Source of the DNA: Naegleria gruberi
Lineage: Eukaryota
Strand: one strand, 5' to 3'
Length of the DNA stretch: 64,000 bases
NCBI GenBank assembly: GCA_000004985.1
Contig: GG738856.1
This document shows positions 32,759 to 45,634 of this stretch, in pieces; position 1 is the stretch's first letter, and each line of letters opens with the position of its first letter. Below the pieces are notes generated by a model that did no database searches, had not been told where the DNA came from, and saw only the letters and a program-made list of their open reading frames with translations. Made by a program: the position numbers and the translations under genes.

Positions 32759-34357
32759 TTATTTTTGTGGTTGTTCGAAGGATTTAACAACTCTCTTAAT
32801 GATTCCAATACATTCTCTCAATTGTTCTTCAGTAATAACGAGAGGAGGAGCAAAACGAATGACATTGTCATGAGTTTGTTTGGCTAACAAACCATTTTCC
32901 TTGAAAGCAGTACACAAATCATAAGAATTCTTTCCGTGCATCTTGGAGTGATTCATAACGAAGGCATTCAAGAGACCCTTTCCTCTAACTTGTTCAACAA
33001 TACCACCTTCATGAATGAGTTCACTACATTCTTGTCTGAAAATTTCACCAAGTCTAGCAGCATTTTCAATCATCTTTTCTTCTTGCAAAACTTCGAGAGC
33101 AGTCAAAGAAACAGCACAACCAAGTGGATTACCGCCATAAGTGGAACCGTGAGTACCTGGTTCAAAAACATCCATAACCTTACTATCAGCAAGAATACAA
33201 GAAACTGGGAAAACACCACCTGACAAGGCCTTACCTAAAATGACAATATCTGGCTTGTCACCATTCATTCTGTCAAATGCATAATCAGAACATAACATTT
33301 TACCAGTTCTTCCCAAACCAGTTTGAATTTCATCACAAATCAACAAGACATTGTGTTCCTTACACAATTGTTGAACTTGCTTAAGGTATCCTTCACCTGG
33401 AACACGAACACCAGCTTCACCTTGAATTGGTTCAATCAAGAATGCAGCAACATTCTTTCCAAACTTTTCCAATAATTCTCTCAAAGAATCAATATCATCA
33501 TACTTGGCAGTCAAAACACCTGGAATGAATGGACCGAAACCATCTCTAGTTTCATCAGAATCACTCAAACTGATAATACCAAGAGTTCTACCATGGAAAT
33601 TTCCAGAACAACCAATAATAATAGCTTCATTATCTGGAATACCCTTAACTTCATAACCCCACTTTCTGGCAGCCTTAAGAGCTGTTTCAACAGCTTCAGC
33701 TCCTGTATTCATTGGAAGAACCTTTTCATAACCAAATAATTTAGTGACATATTGAGCCCATTGACCGAAAACATTGTTATAGAATGCACGAGATGAGAGT
33801 GTGAGTTTTTGGGCTTGTGTAATGAGAGTTTGAATAATCTTTGGGTGACAGTGTCCTTGATTGACGGCACTGTAAGCTGAGAGGAAATCATAATATTTAC
33901 GACCTTCTGGATCTTGAACAACAACACCATCAGCCTTTTCAAAGACAACCTTCAATGGATGATAGCTGGATGTTGTGTAAGATTTTTGTTATTCAATTAA
34001 TATTGCATTAATAAATATCATCATGATTCAATTCGGACATGAAACATTAAGTTAATCCAATCAATTTTAAATCCGAAAATCCGAAAATTATTGTTAATAA
34101 TTGATGAATGTAAATAATAATAATAACGAATGATGATGATGAATAACATGTTGCATAAATATAATTTAGATAAATATACTAAATTCCACCACTAATAGTA
34201 CATACTTGTGAGCAGAGAAATCGCTTTCCATCTTGATAACTTCTGCACTGTTCAACTTTTTAATATCATATTGGCATGAACGAAGGGTAGAAAATTCTCT
34301 TCTTATACTTCCGGTTGTTGTGCTCTTCAAAATTCTAAGTGCTTGTCTGTTCAACAT
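32759..34357 (-). CDS. Ornithine aminotransferase (class III PLP aminotransferase); exons 34206..34357 and 32759..33965
   Basis: Exon 1 (MLNRQ...SDFSAH + AA) joins exon 2 (C-TAT-CAT-CCA...) via GTATGT..TCCAG to give ..FSAHN|YHPLKVVFEKADGVVVQDPEGRKYYDFLSAYSAVNQGHCHP. Near-identical to OAT over the whole length, including the PLP-lysine region DEIQTGLGRTG and the ILGKALSGG block. Confidence 0.9.
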
Positions 34358-34722
34358 ATTTTGTGGTGGTGGAGAATTGTTTGATTTTTTTTAGAGTTTG
34401 CAGCAGTGGATTTTTTGGTCTTAATTGTGGCGTTTAATACTTGAGAGAACATAACAACAACTCAAATTCAATCTGTGTGAATGAAAAGTAAAATGTCAGA
34501 TAGAGTTGGAAAAAACACCTTGTTAGTAATGAATATTGGTTTATAACATTGTAACTGAGAGAATCATTTAGTAGAACCACGGATATTAAGTGACCTGACC
34601 AAATTGCAAAAGTTGACCTAACCATTGGAAATTAACGATCTGTTTTGAAAATGAGCGAATTATAATCTTATTGGTAATCATTTCTTTTTACATGCAATTT
34701 GGGTTTTATTGTAACTCAAAAT

Positions 34723-36816
34723 TTATTGATGTGTCGACTTGAAACTTTCCACAATCTTTTCAATTCGTTTCATCCACTCTTGTTTCTCACTTTCATTCTC
34801 AGCTCTTATAGCCCACTCTTTAATGTCATCTTCCTCAACTCTAATCTTATAAATTTTAAAACTATACTCCTTCTTTGGATAATCAACAAGTATTACATCC
34901 TTTCCAAAGTCAAATTGAGCTTCAAGCTTCTTTTTACAAATTTCATCATCCTCGAATAATAACAATTGGGTTGCAGTTAGAACAGCATACCTTCTTTTCC
35001 ATGATTTAACCTTTGTTCTTTTCGAAACAAATCCTTTCATTAATATTTGTGATTCATCGACGAGCCCATGTTGCTTGATCTTCTCTGGTTTCAGATCATT
35101 TCTCTCCTTTAACTTTTGGAAGAGAGGTTTCAACACCTCATCGTACTTTTCAATCATCAGGGCTATTATCCTTGTGCCCTTTGTTTGAAGAACAAGGTTG
35201 TTAGACAAGCTTGCTGAACCATCTTGGAATAGGTTTGGAGCAAAAATAATTGCAAGATTGTGTGCTGTCATTTGATTAACATCACTCTTTCTGTGAATAT
35301 TGTACAATAAGTGTAATAATCTATTAAGCAACAGGCAATTATAATATGGGATTATTGAAACATCAGAAAATAGTTTTGTCAGTTCTTTCATAATATCATC
35401 ATCCTTGTCCATTTGAAGCACTTTCTTGAAAACCTCAAATGATTCTGGTGTTAATAGCTTGGCTTGTCTGATATACTTTTTAGTCAGGCCAGTTATTACG
35501 TGAATGTTCAGAGTTCTTAAGTCTACAACCTTACCAGCATCCATCTTTTTAATTAATGCTTCCATTTCTTTCACATTACCTCCAATTCTGAACAATCCTT
35601 CTACGTTCATCTTTTCAGAGATTACAACCATCATTTCTTCAATGATAGCTGGAATTTCGTGTCCTAACTCACTCTTTCTCGACATTACTGTATTTAATTC
35701 CACACCAAATTCCTTACTATCTCCTCTTTTGAATAGTGTTGTGAAGAAATCCTTTGGAACTGTTCCATATCTTCCTCCTTTCATAAAATCATTTCTAATA
35801 CTTTTCTTTCGTTTAACCGAGACCCTTCTTGTGGAAGGTGATGTTGGCGATAATGTAGAATTGGAATCGAGATCACCACTGTTTTTTCTCGTATAGACAG
35901 GTGGTGAGCTGGTACTACTACTTGATTGAGTGACATTGCCTTCCTCATCGATGGTGCAAGTGATTCGTGAAGGTTCCAAAAACCTTCCCATGCTCAATCT
36001 GGCAGGTTGCTTGGTGGAATCATCTGTAGAGTTTGGAATATCTTCATACTCGGGTGTCTCCTCGTGATCACTTGCTGGAGTGGAATACTCTGGCTCACTG
36101 TCATACTCAGACATTGTACCAATAGATGATTTTGAAGGAGTTAGGATATCAAAGTTTTCATTGCCGAGATCATTGATATCTTTAGTATACTCTACTCCAC
36201 CATCTTCATCCTCTTGAAGTTCATCCATTTCTACTCCAGCTTGTTTAAGCAAATCTGAAAACTCCATCACTGAGTTACAACTCAAGTGCTTAGATCTCTT
36301 CTCAACTTTAGATAAGCTATTAGTCACCAGATCAGTGATATGGGCGTATGGTGTTTTGTGTACAAGTTGAGAAAATGGTGATAGTAATGGTGTTCCATCT
36401 TGGGGTGTTGTTTGATCTCCTTCTTGGTGTTGTTGTTCTTCTTCCACTGGCAAGGATGATTCAATATTTGGTTGAAAATCCTCTGTGCTTGTCTCTTCAT
36501 CAACAGAGGTGGTAAATTTCTCAATTTTGGCTGATTTTGGGCTTTGGATATTGGAAAAAGCTTCTTCTGAGTTGAATGATGGTACTGAAGGTGCTGATGA
36601 AGGTGTTTTTGTTGTTGTTTTTATATTGATTGAGCCATGTTTTTCTGAGAAGGAACCTCCTTGCTCATCTCGAATTAATTCATCAGGAGGTAGGGCTGTA
36701 AAGGGAGAATATCTTCTTGATCTTCTAGGCATTGAATTGAGGGCCTTCTCTTCTTCGGCATCCAGAATACTAGTATCATTATTTGTGGGAACTTCGGACA
36801 TGATGTGTTTGTACAA
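34723..36816 (-). CDS. RhoGAP domain protein with C-terminal PH domain
   Basis: RhoGAP core EGLFRIGGN...MTAHNLAIIFAPNLF. C-terminal PH-like region (MKGFVSKRTKVKSWKRRYAVLTATQLLLFED). Real ATG probably at 36801 (MSEVP); the ORF-track start is a TTG. Confidence 0.8.
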   Translation of the reverse strand: MYKHIMSEVPTNNDTSILDAEEEKALNSMPRRSRRYSPFTALPPDELIRDEQGGSFSEKHGSINIKTTTKTPSSAPSVPSFNSEEAFSNIQSPKSAKIEKFTTSVDEETSTEDFQPNIESSLPVEEEQQHQEGDQTTPQDGTPLLSPFSQLVHKTPYAHITDLVTNSLSKVEKRSKHLSCNSVMEFSDLLKQAGVEMDELQEDEDGGVEYTKDINDLGNENFDILTPSKSSIGTMSEYDSEPEYSTPASDHEETPEYEDIPNSTDDSTKQPARLSMGRFLEPSRITCTIDEEGNVTQSSSSTSSPPVYTRKNSGDLDSNSTLSPTSPSTRRVSVKRKKSIRNDFMKGGRYGTVPKDFFTTLFKRGDSKEFGVELNTVMSRKSELGHEIPAIIEEMMVVISEKMNVEGLFRIGGNVKEMEALIKKMDAGKVVDLRTLNIHVITGLTKKYIRQAKLLTPESFEVFKKVLQMDKDDDIMKELTKLFSDVSIIPYYNCLLLNRLLHLLYNIHRKSDVNQMTAHNLAIIFAPNLFQDGSASLSNNLVLQTKGTRIIALMIEKYDEVLKPLFQKLKERNDLKPEKIKQHGLVDESQILMKGFVSKRTKVKSWKRRYAVLTATQLLLFEDDEICKKKLEAQFDFGKDVILVDYPKKEYSFKIYKIRVEEDDIKEWAIRAENESEKQEWMKRIEKIVESFKSTHQ

Positions 36817-37160
36817 AATGATATACAGATAAGCTACAGTGCTAATGTTGATATTATCCTCAATATTTGTATTATATTAATGAATATATCCAATTATGTG
36901 AATTTTAATCTTTTTCTAATATTACAACAATGATGATTTTGTGGTGTGTTCGTTGATAAAAAACATGGACGAGTCAACAATAACGCTATTTTTTTACAGT
37001 TTGGATACCTTAATGATAAGAGTTAAGGATTGAGCAATGATGAATGCGCATTTTCATCCGAAAACGATTTTTGCCAACGTGATGTGAACAAAGCAACAAA
37101 CGGTTAGAAGTAATGTTGATTGCTATTAAAATAAAATAGAAATACAAAGGATGTGTGCAT

Positions 37161-39195
37161 TTATTCATCATCAATGAGGATGGCATCTTCATCAACGACA
37201 GCTTTGGAAACCTTAGTTGGATTAGTGTCTTCAGAGAGATTCTCTGAGACTTCTTCTCTCTTTCTCTTGAATTCGTTTCTTCTCTCTTCGAGCATTTTAC
37301 GTTGGATTTCTTGATCAGTTACACATACCAGAGCATTCTCGTCATCGTCTAAACTGATGGTTTCTGAGGATGATGTTGGGGCACTAGTAGAAGCAGCAGG
37401 AGTAGCAGCCTCTGTTGTTGATGTAGCATTATTTCCTCCATCCACACTGAAATCTTCCACTTCAATCTTTGTATTATTCTTTATAAAGACCTTCCATGTA
37501 ATGTCCTGTGAAAAATCTTCAACTAAGAGTTCAGTATTGTCAACAATACCCAACTCCTTAAGAGTCTTTTGTTGTCTCTTTTGAATACTTTCAATTTGGT
37601 TTTCCTCCAAGTCTTCACCACATTCATAAATGAGATCGTCATTGGCGAGGATAGATGGCTCAACTAGAGCAAGCTTAGATTTGAGAATATCTTCAACAAA
37701 TTTTTGTAATGACATCTTGTCACAATTTGCAACAACTGTCACCGAGTTGGATGAGCAAACATAGCAATTAGAATTTTTAGAGTCTTTTACAAGAGGGAAA
37801 ATGATGGTTTGTTTTCTGCTCTTTGTAATTGGTCTTTCCAAAATGTCAACCCACACACAATCCTTGATGTGGTTGACGTCTTCCTTTCCTTGATTTTCAA
37901 AAATACTCTTCATTGTTTTGAATGCTTCACATACCAAGAAACCTGAAACAATGGCATTGGTTGTTGCTATAGCAGGAACAATATTACCAGCCATTGACTT
38001 GATATCAAATTTGGAAGCAGGTGGGATGTGGAAATTGAAAGCTCTCAAATTAGATGCTGATGTGACCAAGACGAGTGCATCTTCATCGTCCTTATCGAAT
38101 GAAAGTGTTTGACCAGATTGATCACGTCTCTTTTTGAGAGCAATTACACTTTTCTTAAAGTTATCAACACATTCCCTGATGGTCCAAACTCTTTGTTCCT
38201 TAACACCAACCTTTTCAGTGGTGACAGTGCTTGCTGATTGTTCGAGCTTGGTAATGTATTCTTCAGTGAGTCCTTCTGGGACTTTTCCAGTACTCCACAC
38301 GTTCTTGTCCTTCATTTGTGACAATTCGATAATGTCAGAAACAAAGACCTTATTTAAAATCTTATTTTCAAAATCTTGGCTTTCCTTAAGAATTTCCTCA
38401 AATCCACTTGAAATATCATCACCTGGTGCAACAGCTCCGAACAAACGACTACAGAAATTATGAATTGAATTGTTGGAAATATCATCAGTAAGAGGATTAG
38501 AATAAATTAAATACACTTACTCGAATAACAATTTAGCCCAAACAACGCAGTGAATCATCTTTGAAGGATTGGATCTAATAGTACAAACAGCAAAAGTCTT
38601 TTCAGCATTTCTATTACCTCCACATTCATAGCATGCGGAATACCCCTTTTGATAGACCTTAGCTTGACCCAAATAACCAGCAGTACCACCATCAAAAAGT
38701 GGAACATTAGCTGCCAGACATAATCTATTGACATGTCTTCTGGCATCAATATTATCCAAAGCATTAATAACAATCTTGAATTGTTTAAAAAAGTCCAATC
38801 CATAATCTGAATGTTTGATATTTCCGTGATGGGCAATAATGTTACAGGCTGGATTAAATGTCAAGGCTGTTTCCTTGGCAATCTTTGATTTTGATTCTCC
38901 AACATGTTTTTGTCTAAAGAGGAATTGTCTGTTCAAATTACTAATATCAATAGTATCCAAATCAATCTATTTACATAGTAATAACACGAATTTTTTGGCA
39001 ATTAATTAATCAACACATCAAAATCCTTACAATTTCTATATTTTCAAATCCAGACAAGACAAGATTCTTCAATAATTCACATCCGATACCACCAGCACCA
39101 ACCACAAGAATTTTACTTGTTCTAATGAATTCAATCAAGCCTTCTCCGTAGATTAACTTGAGACCAGCATATCTATCACTAGTGTTTAGACTCAT
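37161..39195 (-). CDS. uba2: SUMO-activating enzyme subunit 2 (UBA2/SAE2); exons 39031..39195, 38521..38966, 37161..38448
   Basis: [69 protein letters not shown], catalytic Cys region [40 protein letters not shown]. Junctions ENIEI|IDLD (GTAAGG..AATAG) and LLF-D|RLFGAV (GTAAGT..CTGTAG). About 632 aa, matching SAE2 end to end. Confidence 0.85.
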
Positions 39196-39534
39196 TTTTT
39201 GTGTAGCTGTTGTTCATCACGGAACAAGAATAATTGTATTAATAAAAAATTAAATAATTTGTGTGATGAAGAATTTTGTATGGTAGCTGGCAAGTAGAGA
39301 GTAATAAGGAGTTCATAAAGGAATACTAACAGGTATGGATAATTGGATAATGACTATTGGCTCACAATTTATCTTCTGTCCAATGAACAATAGAAATGGT
39401 TTGATTTTACGTTATTTAATTTCTTATTGAAGACACAAGAGAAAAAAATACAACCAAAAGAATTAGTGTGAGTGTTCTCATCATAATAACAATGGATTTA
39501 TTAATAGTAATATAATAATTTTAATAATAGTATC

Positions 39535-40421
39535 ATGTCCGCAACAAGCCCATTATCACCAGAACAACAACAATTGTTCCAACAATACATGAAGCAACAT
39601 AATTTGGATACCTTGTTCAATGACCTGACCAAGACTCTTGTCGAAAAACAACCTTTGGATCCTGTTCAATTCATGATTGAAGAATTGCAAAGAAAAGATC
39701 CAAAGAATCAATCTAGAAAGGTTGTCTTTGTTTTGGGTATGTGTTGGTGATTTTATTTCATTCCGAACTAACATCATTTACTCGCAAATTATTATTACCA
39801 TATTTTGTTATTCCATCATTATTTCATCTTCTTCATCATCACTGCAAAATTCAAAATAATAATAATAACAACAATAACAACAATATAGGAGGACCTGGTT
39901 CCGGTAAGGGTACTCAATGTGCCAGACTTGTTGAAAAGTATAAATTTGCTCACTTCAGTGCTGGTGATTTGTTGAGAGCTGAAACATCAAAGGATACCGA
40001 AGAAGGTAAAATGATTAGCAGTTACATCAAGGAAGGTAAAATTGTTCCTGGTGAAGTTACCATTGCTCTCTTGAAGAAGGCTATCATGAATCATGAAGAT
40101 CCAAACACTGTCTTCTTGATTGATGGTTTCCCTCGTGAAATGAAGCAAGCTGTCGATTTTGAAAGACAAATCTGCTTCTGTCAATTCGTTTTGTTCTTTG
40201 ATTGCCCAGAAGAAGTTTTGGAAAAACGTTTATTGGAAAGAGGAAAGACTAGTGGTCGTTCCGATGATAACCTCGAAAGTATCCAGAAGAGATTCCAAAC
40301 CTATATTAACCAAACTATGCCAGTTGTTACCTATTTCAGAGCATATAATAAGGTCAGAACTATTGACAGTTCCAAGTCTGTTGATTTGGTCTTTGAAGAT
40401 GTCTGCAAATTATTCGACTAG
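39535..40421 (+). CDS. Adenylate/UMP-CMP kinase with N-terminal Dpy-30/RIIa-like dimerisation segment; exons 39535..39736 and 39889..40421
   Basis: Exon 1 ends ..KVVFVLG. GTATGT...ATATAG intron. Exon 2 continues GPGSGKGTQCARLVEKYKFAHFSAGDLLRAE (P-loop), LIDGFPRE, ...RSDDN. The intron carries an (AAT/AAC)n tract. Confidence 0.8.
39856..39885. repeat. (AAT/AAC)n microsatellite inside the kinase intron
   Basis: aataataataacaacaataacaacaat; read through as poly-Asn in the ORF track. Confidence 0.6.
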
Positions 40422-40474
40422 ATTTTGAGGAATATAAATTGTAATTTAAATTTTGTAATTTTAAGTACCTAGGT

Positions 40475-41834
40475 TTATTTTACAAGGAAGCTTTCTATTG
40501 GATAATCTTCTCCAGAGACAATATTGTAGTGTTTGCCTCTCGTTTGATTATGGTAAATGAATTCTAAACGTTTCACATTTTGTAAATTATTTTCATTTTG
40601 TAGAATGATATCTTTCTTTCCATGCATCTTTTCATTTAATTCAGTTCGTCCCTTTCTCTTCATTAGTGAATCATTGAAATTAGTCGAAATATTGATCGAA
40701 TCTTCAGCTGGCTTTAGTGTTACCCTCCCAAGATCTGAATTTGCCTTACTTTGGAGCACTTGACAAATAAATTATGTTATTCTATTCGAATATTTCTCCA
40801 ACAACTTACATTCTTTCCTTGTCACAGTATGCACCATAGCTCTATTTTGTTTGTCTTTCAATTGTTGACTACTTTTAGCAAATACACCATAATCATCCTC
40901 AGCATTCAATACTCCACTTCTGTATCCATTTTCAACCACTCTCATGAGCTTGAATTTTTGTCTTCGAACATCTCGACTCATCTTGAGGAATTCCTCTCTT
41001 TCTAGTTCTGCCTTATGGAGATTCTTCAATTGCCTTGGGCCAATTTGCTTGTTGAATCCTCCATCCTCATTGAAAATATTTTCTTCCTCTCCATGCAATT
41101 TGAGAGCTTTCCTCAATTCACTCTTTTCCAAATATTTCAATTCAGATTTCCTTGGCTTTCCATTCTTAAACTCTTCCCTAGAGAGGAGCATGACACTATT
41201 GTTTTTATCCCTTTCGTTCAAGGAAGAGAAAATCTTATCATCCTTACGATTCTTTTCTGAAACATCCTCTTCCTGTATTAAATAATCCTTAATGTATTGT
41301 TGGGCTGGTTTATCAAATTTCGACATTAATATTTCATTGAATGATCTTGTTATGGACGGCTTGTTCGATATCGACGACAGCATTCTCCCAGCTAATAGGA
41401 TCTCTCAGTGCCTTATTTTCCGATTTGAAATGTTTATAAAAGTCGACTCCTGATGTATCTGTTTCTAGAAGGGGTATTGGAAAATCAATATCATTCGGAG
41501 ATTGAGAAAATGGATAGGATCTTAATGGAGGAACCACCTTTGATTGATGGACTTGATGAAGAGGAGGTAGGGAATTATATACATGACCATTTTGAAAGAA
41601 CCTCATATCAGAGTTTTTTGATGCAGGCACTGCTCCAATATCATCTAAACCTGGAGAAGGAGTCTGCTGTTGTAGTTGATGTTGCAACAACGAGGGATGA
41701 TTTCCATATCGTTGAGCACTAATCACACTGTCCTTGTAATTCCTTATATTCGGAGAGATGGATCTCTTCACGAAGGCTTCAAATCCCTTTGGATTGGGTT
41801 TTGTCGTCGAGGTTTGATAGGAAGAGGGAGGCAT
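40475..41834 (-). CDS. Hypothetical charged/coiled-coil protein(s); two ORFs (41337..41834 and 40772..41326) separated by a stop and 8 nt. This suggests one gene with a frameshift, or an unresolved junction.
   Basis: ATG at 41834 (MPPSSYQ...NKIIQ*) is followed 8 nt later by ATG 41326 (MSKFDKPAQQYIK...). A further in-frame ORF 40475..40759 may be a 3' exon. No domain recognised. Confidence 0.3.
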
Positions 41835-42102
41835 TCAATTTTTTTTCATATATTAAGAGATAACGTGAATAGATTTCAATAACTGCAACTGTAAATTTCC
41901 TGATTGGGACTGTTCTTGAGTGATGAGAATTGAAAAAAATTGAAATGTTAATTAAGGGATTTTCTATTCAATTGAATGAACTTAGCCTTGAAACAATTGA
42001 TTGTAATGAGTTCTTCTGTGAGTTGATGCTCATACGAATCTTTTATTAGAAGTTCTTTCACTGTGCTCTATTATTATCGATCTTCCTCAACAAGAAGAAA
42101 AA

Positions 42103-45100
42103 ATGGCCCAAGAACAAAAAGACAATCACGAAACCAATCATCATCAAGTAAATAGTGATGCAGCATCAGCAGCACAAGTATCGGGATCTTCTGAAAATAC
42201 AAGTGTGAGCAAGGCATCAGTGGCAACCACACAATTGTTCAATTCGGCTATTAATTCTTTTGTTTCTCAAATGGCAGGATCAAAGCCTTCTTCCGATCAA
42301 CAACCATCATCAAATAATAATAGTAATACTAATAGTAACATAACTGAACATTTTGTTGGTTTATCGAATCAAGGAGCGACATGTTATTTAAATTCATTGA
42401 TCCAATCATTGTACCATACACCAGAGTTTCGTCGAATGATTTTGGAGTGGAGATATAATCCTGATAAAGATCCAAGCAAGGAAAGATGTATTCCATATCA
42501 ATTACAAAGACTTTTTGCATATTTGGCTTTATCTAAACGTAAAGCAGTGCCAACTACACACTTGACTAAATCTTTTGGTACGTTATTTCAATCTAATCAG
42601 CTTGTTTTAATTATCATTTTCTTGATCAGGCTGGACACAATCGGATGCTTTCGTTCAACATGATGTACAAGAATTGAATAGAATTTTGTTCGATGCTATC
42701 GATGTATCATTAGCAACTGATAAATTATCTCAAGAAAACCCAATGGAAGGAAAACAAGAAATTGGCAAATTGGCTCACTTTGAAAATATTTTGATTAGTG
42801 AAATGTATAGTGGTATTATGATTGATTATATCGAGGCCAAGGATGAAAGAAGAGAAAATGGACAACCATACGGAAGAGTCAGAGAAGATCTCTATATGGA
42901 TTTGCAACTTGTTGTTCGTGGTATTTCATCAGTTGAAGAGGCTTTGGATTCTTATATTAAACCTGAAATTATGGATGGTGACAATCAGTGGATCTGTGAA
43001 GAATTACAAGACAAGAAAGTTGATGCAGTCAAGGGATTAAAGTTCAAGACTATTCCATACATTTTCACATTGCATCTCAAGAGATTTGACTATGACTACA
43101 CAACATGGAATAGAATCAAATTGGGTAACATGGTAACCTTCCCATTTGAACTCGATGTTTCTAAATATCTGGAGGATAACACTCAAAACGCAATATATGA
43201 ATTATTTGGAGTATTGGTGCACAGTGGTACTTCATCAGGAGGTCACTATTATGCCTACATCAAGAGTTTCTCCTCTGACAAGTGGTACAACTTTAATGAT
43301 AGTAATGTTTCTGAAATTGATAGAGAACAAGTGAAAGTAATGTTTGGTAACAATGACAGCTCTTCTACTGGTAGATTTGCCTCATCAACCAATGCCTACA
43401 TGCTTTTGTATCGTAAAAGGGATGAGAAATTGAATATTAATTCTGTTGACATGTCTATTATTCCAGAAGATTTGAAGGAAGAAGTTGAAAAAGATAATGA
43501 ACAAATTGAGGAGGAGGTCAGAAAGTCAGAGGAATTACGATCAAATATTACAATTAGAGTTAAATCAGAAAACCAACCAATCTTGAACTTGAGTGTAAAG
43601 AAGACAGATACAATGCAACAAGTTTTGGAAAAGGTGTATGAAGCCATGTCAAAAAGAGAGAATTTCTTTACTCGCTTCCATAATTGTAGATTAAGAAAGT
43701 ATGATATCATGAAACAAACCCCAACATCGTCATTCCAAAATCATGCAGATCAACCAATTTCAAGATTCTGTCATTTCAATGGAGCTTTAATTTATCTTGA
43801 GACTAAAGAATCTGACGAAGAATGGAAAGAAATTGCAGAAACCATTTCTGTTTATATCTGTCCTTTCAATCAAGATATTAATGAATTTGATCAACCAAGA
43901 TCCCTCAAAATAACAACAGTACAAACACTTGACGAAATCAAGATGAGAATAGAAGAAGAACTTCAAAGAGAAAAGTATCCTCATGAAAAAATTAATCTTG
44001 TAATTTCTAGAGGTGATGAAGTGATTATTTTCCACAATGAAGAGGAAAGATCCAAATCTATTGAATCTGGTTTGAATATTGCAAATACTGATCTTATTTA
44101 TGTGGAAGCATTGGAAGATCCACTCCAAAATGTTGAATCTAAAATCATTCAAAAATTGGAAGAAATGAAGTATTGTTTTGACATTTTGGTCAATACCATT
44201 GAAAGTCCAAACGATTATACAACCTCTGTAACTGTAGACAAGAGAACTACTGTTGGTGACTTGAAGAAGAAAATTGCAGATATGATGAAGGTAGGAGTAG
44301 ATGATTTCAGACTCTGTTCCAAGACTAGATTCCAACCAATTAAGGAGAATTTACTCATTTCTGAGTGTTCTGAAGTTTTTGAATATTGTCAGCTTCATGT
44401 TGAAAAGGGACAAGCTTTGAAGGATGGAGAATACATTATTCAACTCTATGTTCACTTACCTTGGCTTTCAGAACAACTTCCACAAGAATCTAGAACTGAA
44501 GTAGATATTAATCCTGACAAGATGGTAGCTGAGCCATCTCCAGATTGTCAAGTTATGACTTGCGAACCTCCACCATCATCAACTGCTCTTGTTTTGGCAG
44601 CAGAGAATGGACCAGTTTACAATCCATCTGTGAAGCTTTTGGATAGAATGAACAAGTTGAAGGAAGAAATGAGACTTGTCGATAAGGTTGTTATCAGTGC
44701 TCAAGAAACTTTGGGAAGTTTCAAACAAAGAATATTCGAAAAATACTTTTCCGATCCAGAATCTGACCAATTTGTCCCATTAGAGTTAATGAGATTGAGA
44801 ATGAAACTTGGAGTTTTCTTCCAAAAGATTTTGATCAATGACGAAAAGACATTGAAGGAAAATATTCCAGACCTTGCTAACAATAAGCAAATTGTTGTTC
44901 AATTTCTGGAAAAGCCAGAAAATTTGAAAGAAGGTGATTTGACTATCAAGGTTCAAAGGTGGCAACCATTATCTTGGAGTTTCTATGGAGGTTCAGATGC
45001 CAAATTTGAAGTAATTATTCCAAAGCAACAAGAACCACTCACACCTCAAGTATTCAGATCACTCATTTATAATGCCCTGAAGGATACTGTCTTGTCAGAT

Positions 45101-45574
45101 GTTCCTCCTGAAAGAGTTGACCAAATTGGTATTTCCCGTGCACCACACCAATTTGATTACTTTATCATTAAGGAATGCATTCAAGTTGCAATTTTGAATT
45201 ATGAGGAAATTGATACACTCAAGGATTTACACAAGCCACCTTTCATTTTGGCTCAAGACGATATTATGATCATTAGACTAAAGGATGAACTCGATAAGTA
45301 TGATATGACTGAACTAAAGACTAAGAGAGCATCAGCACCAAGTAGTACTGGCCGTGTTGAGAAGGCTCTCAAGATTAATGTTATTGATAAGGAAACTGAA
45401 CAAAAAGAAGAGGAAGAAAGAAAAAAGCAACAAGAGCAACAACAAGCTTCATCCACCAGTGCTAGTGGTGAACAAACTACTGTCAATGGTGGTGATAAGA
45501 TGGTTGACGATACAGCTCCAACCAGTACTGGAACTGAAGAAAATCCAAAGAAGAAAATGAAATCAGACGAATGA
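42103..45574 (+). CDS. Ubiquitin carboxyl-terminal hydrolase (USP family, USP7/USP47-like); exons 42103..42577 and 42630..45574
   Basis: Cys box GLSNQGATCYLNSLIQSLYHT. Junction SFG|WTQSDAFVQHDVQELNRILFD across GTACGT..GATCAG. His box YELFGVLVHSGTSSGGHYYAYIKS...KWYNFNDSNV. Long C-terminal region. Confidence 0.85.
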
Positions 45575-45634
45575 CAAACAAGCTCTACTCTTGAAGAAAA
45601 CCCAAAAAAGAAAATGAAATCAGAGTAAAATTAT

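Noticed and set aside
37010-37195. 61-aa ORF between the RhoGAP and UBA2 genes
   Set aside because: Short and hydrophobic/low-complexity. It overlaps the UBA2 3' end region. No support as a gene.
39741-39888. Poly-Asn 'NNNNNNNNNNN' coding tract at the start of the 226-aa kinase ORF
   Set aside because: It lies in the intron between GTATGT (39737) and the ATATAG acceptor (39888). It is an (AAT/AAC)n microsatellite, not coding.
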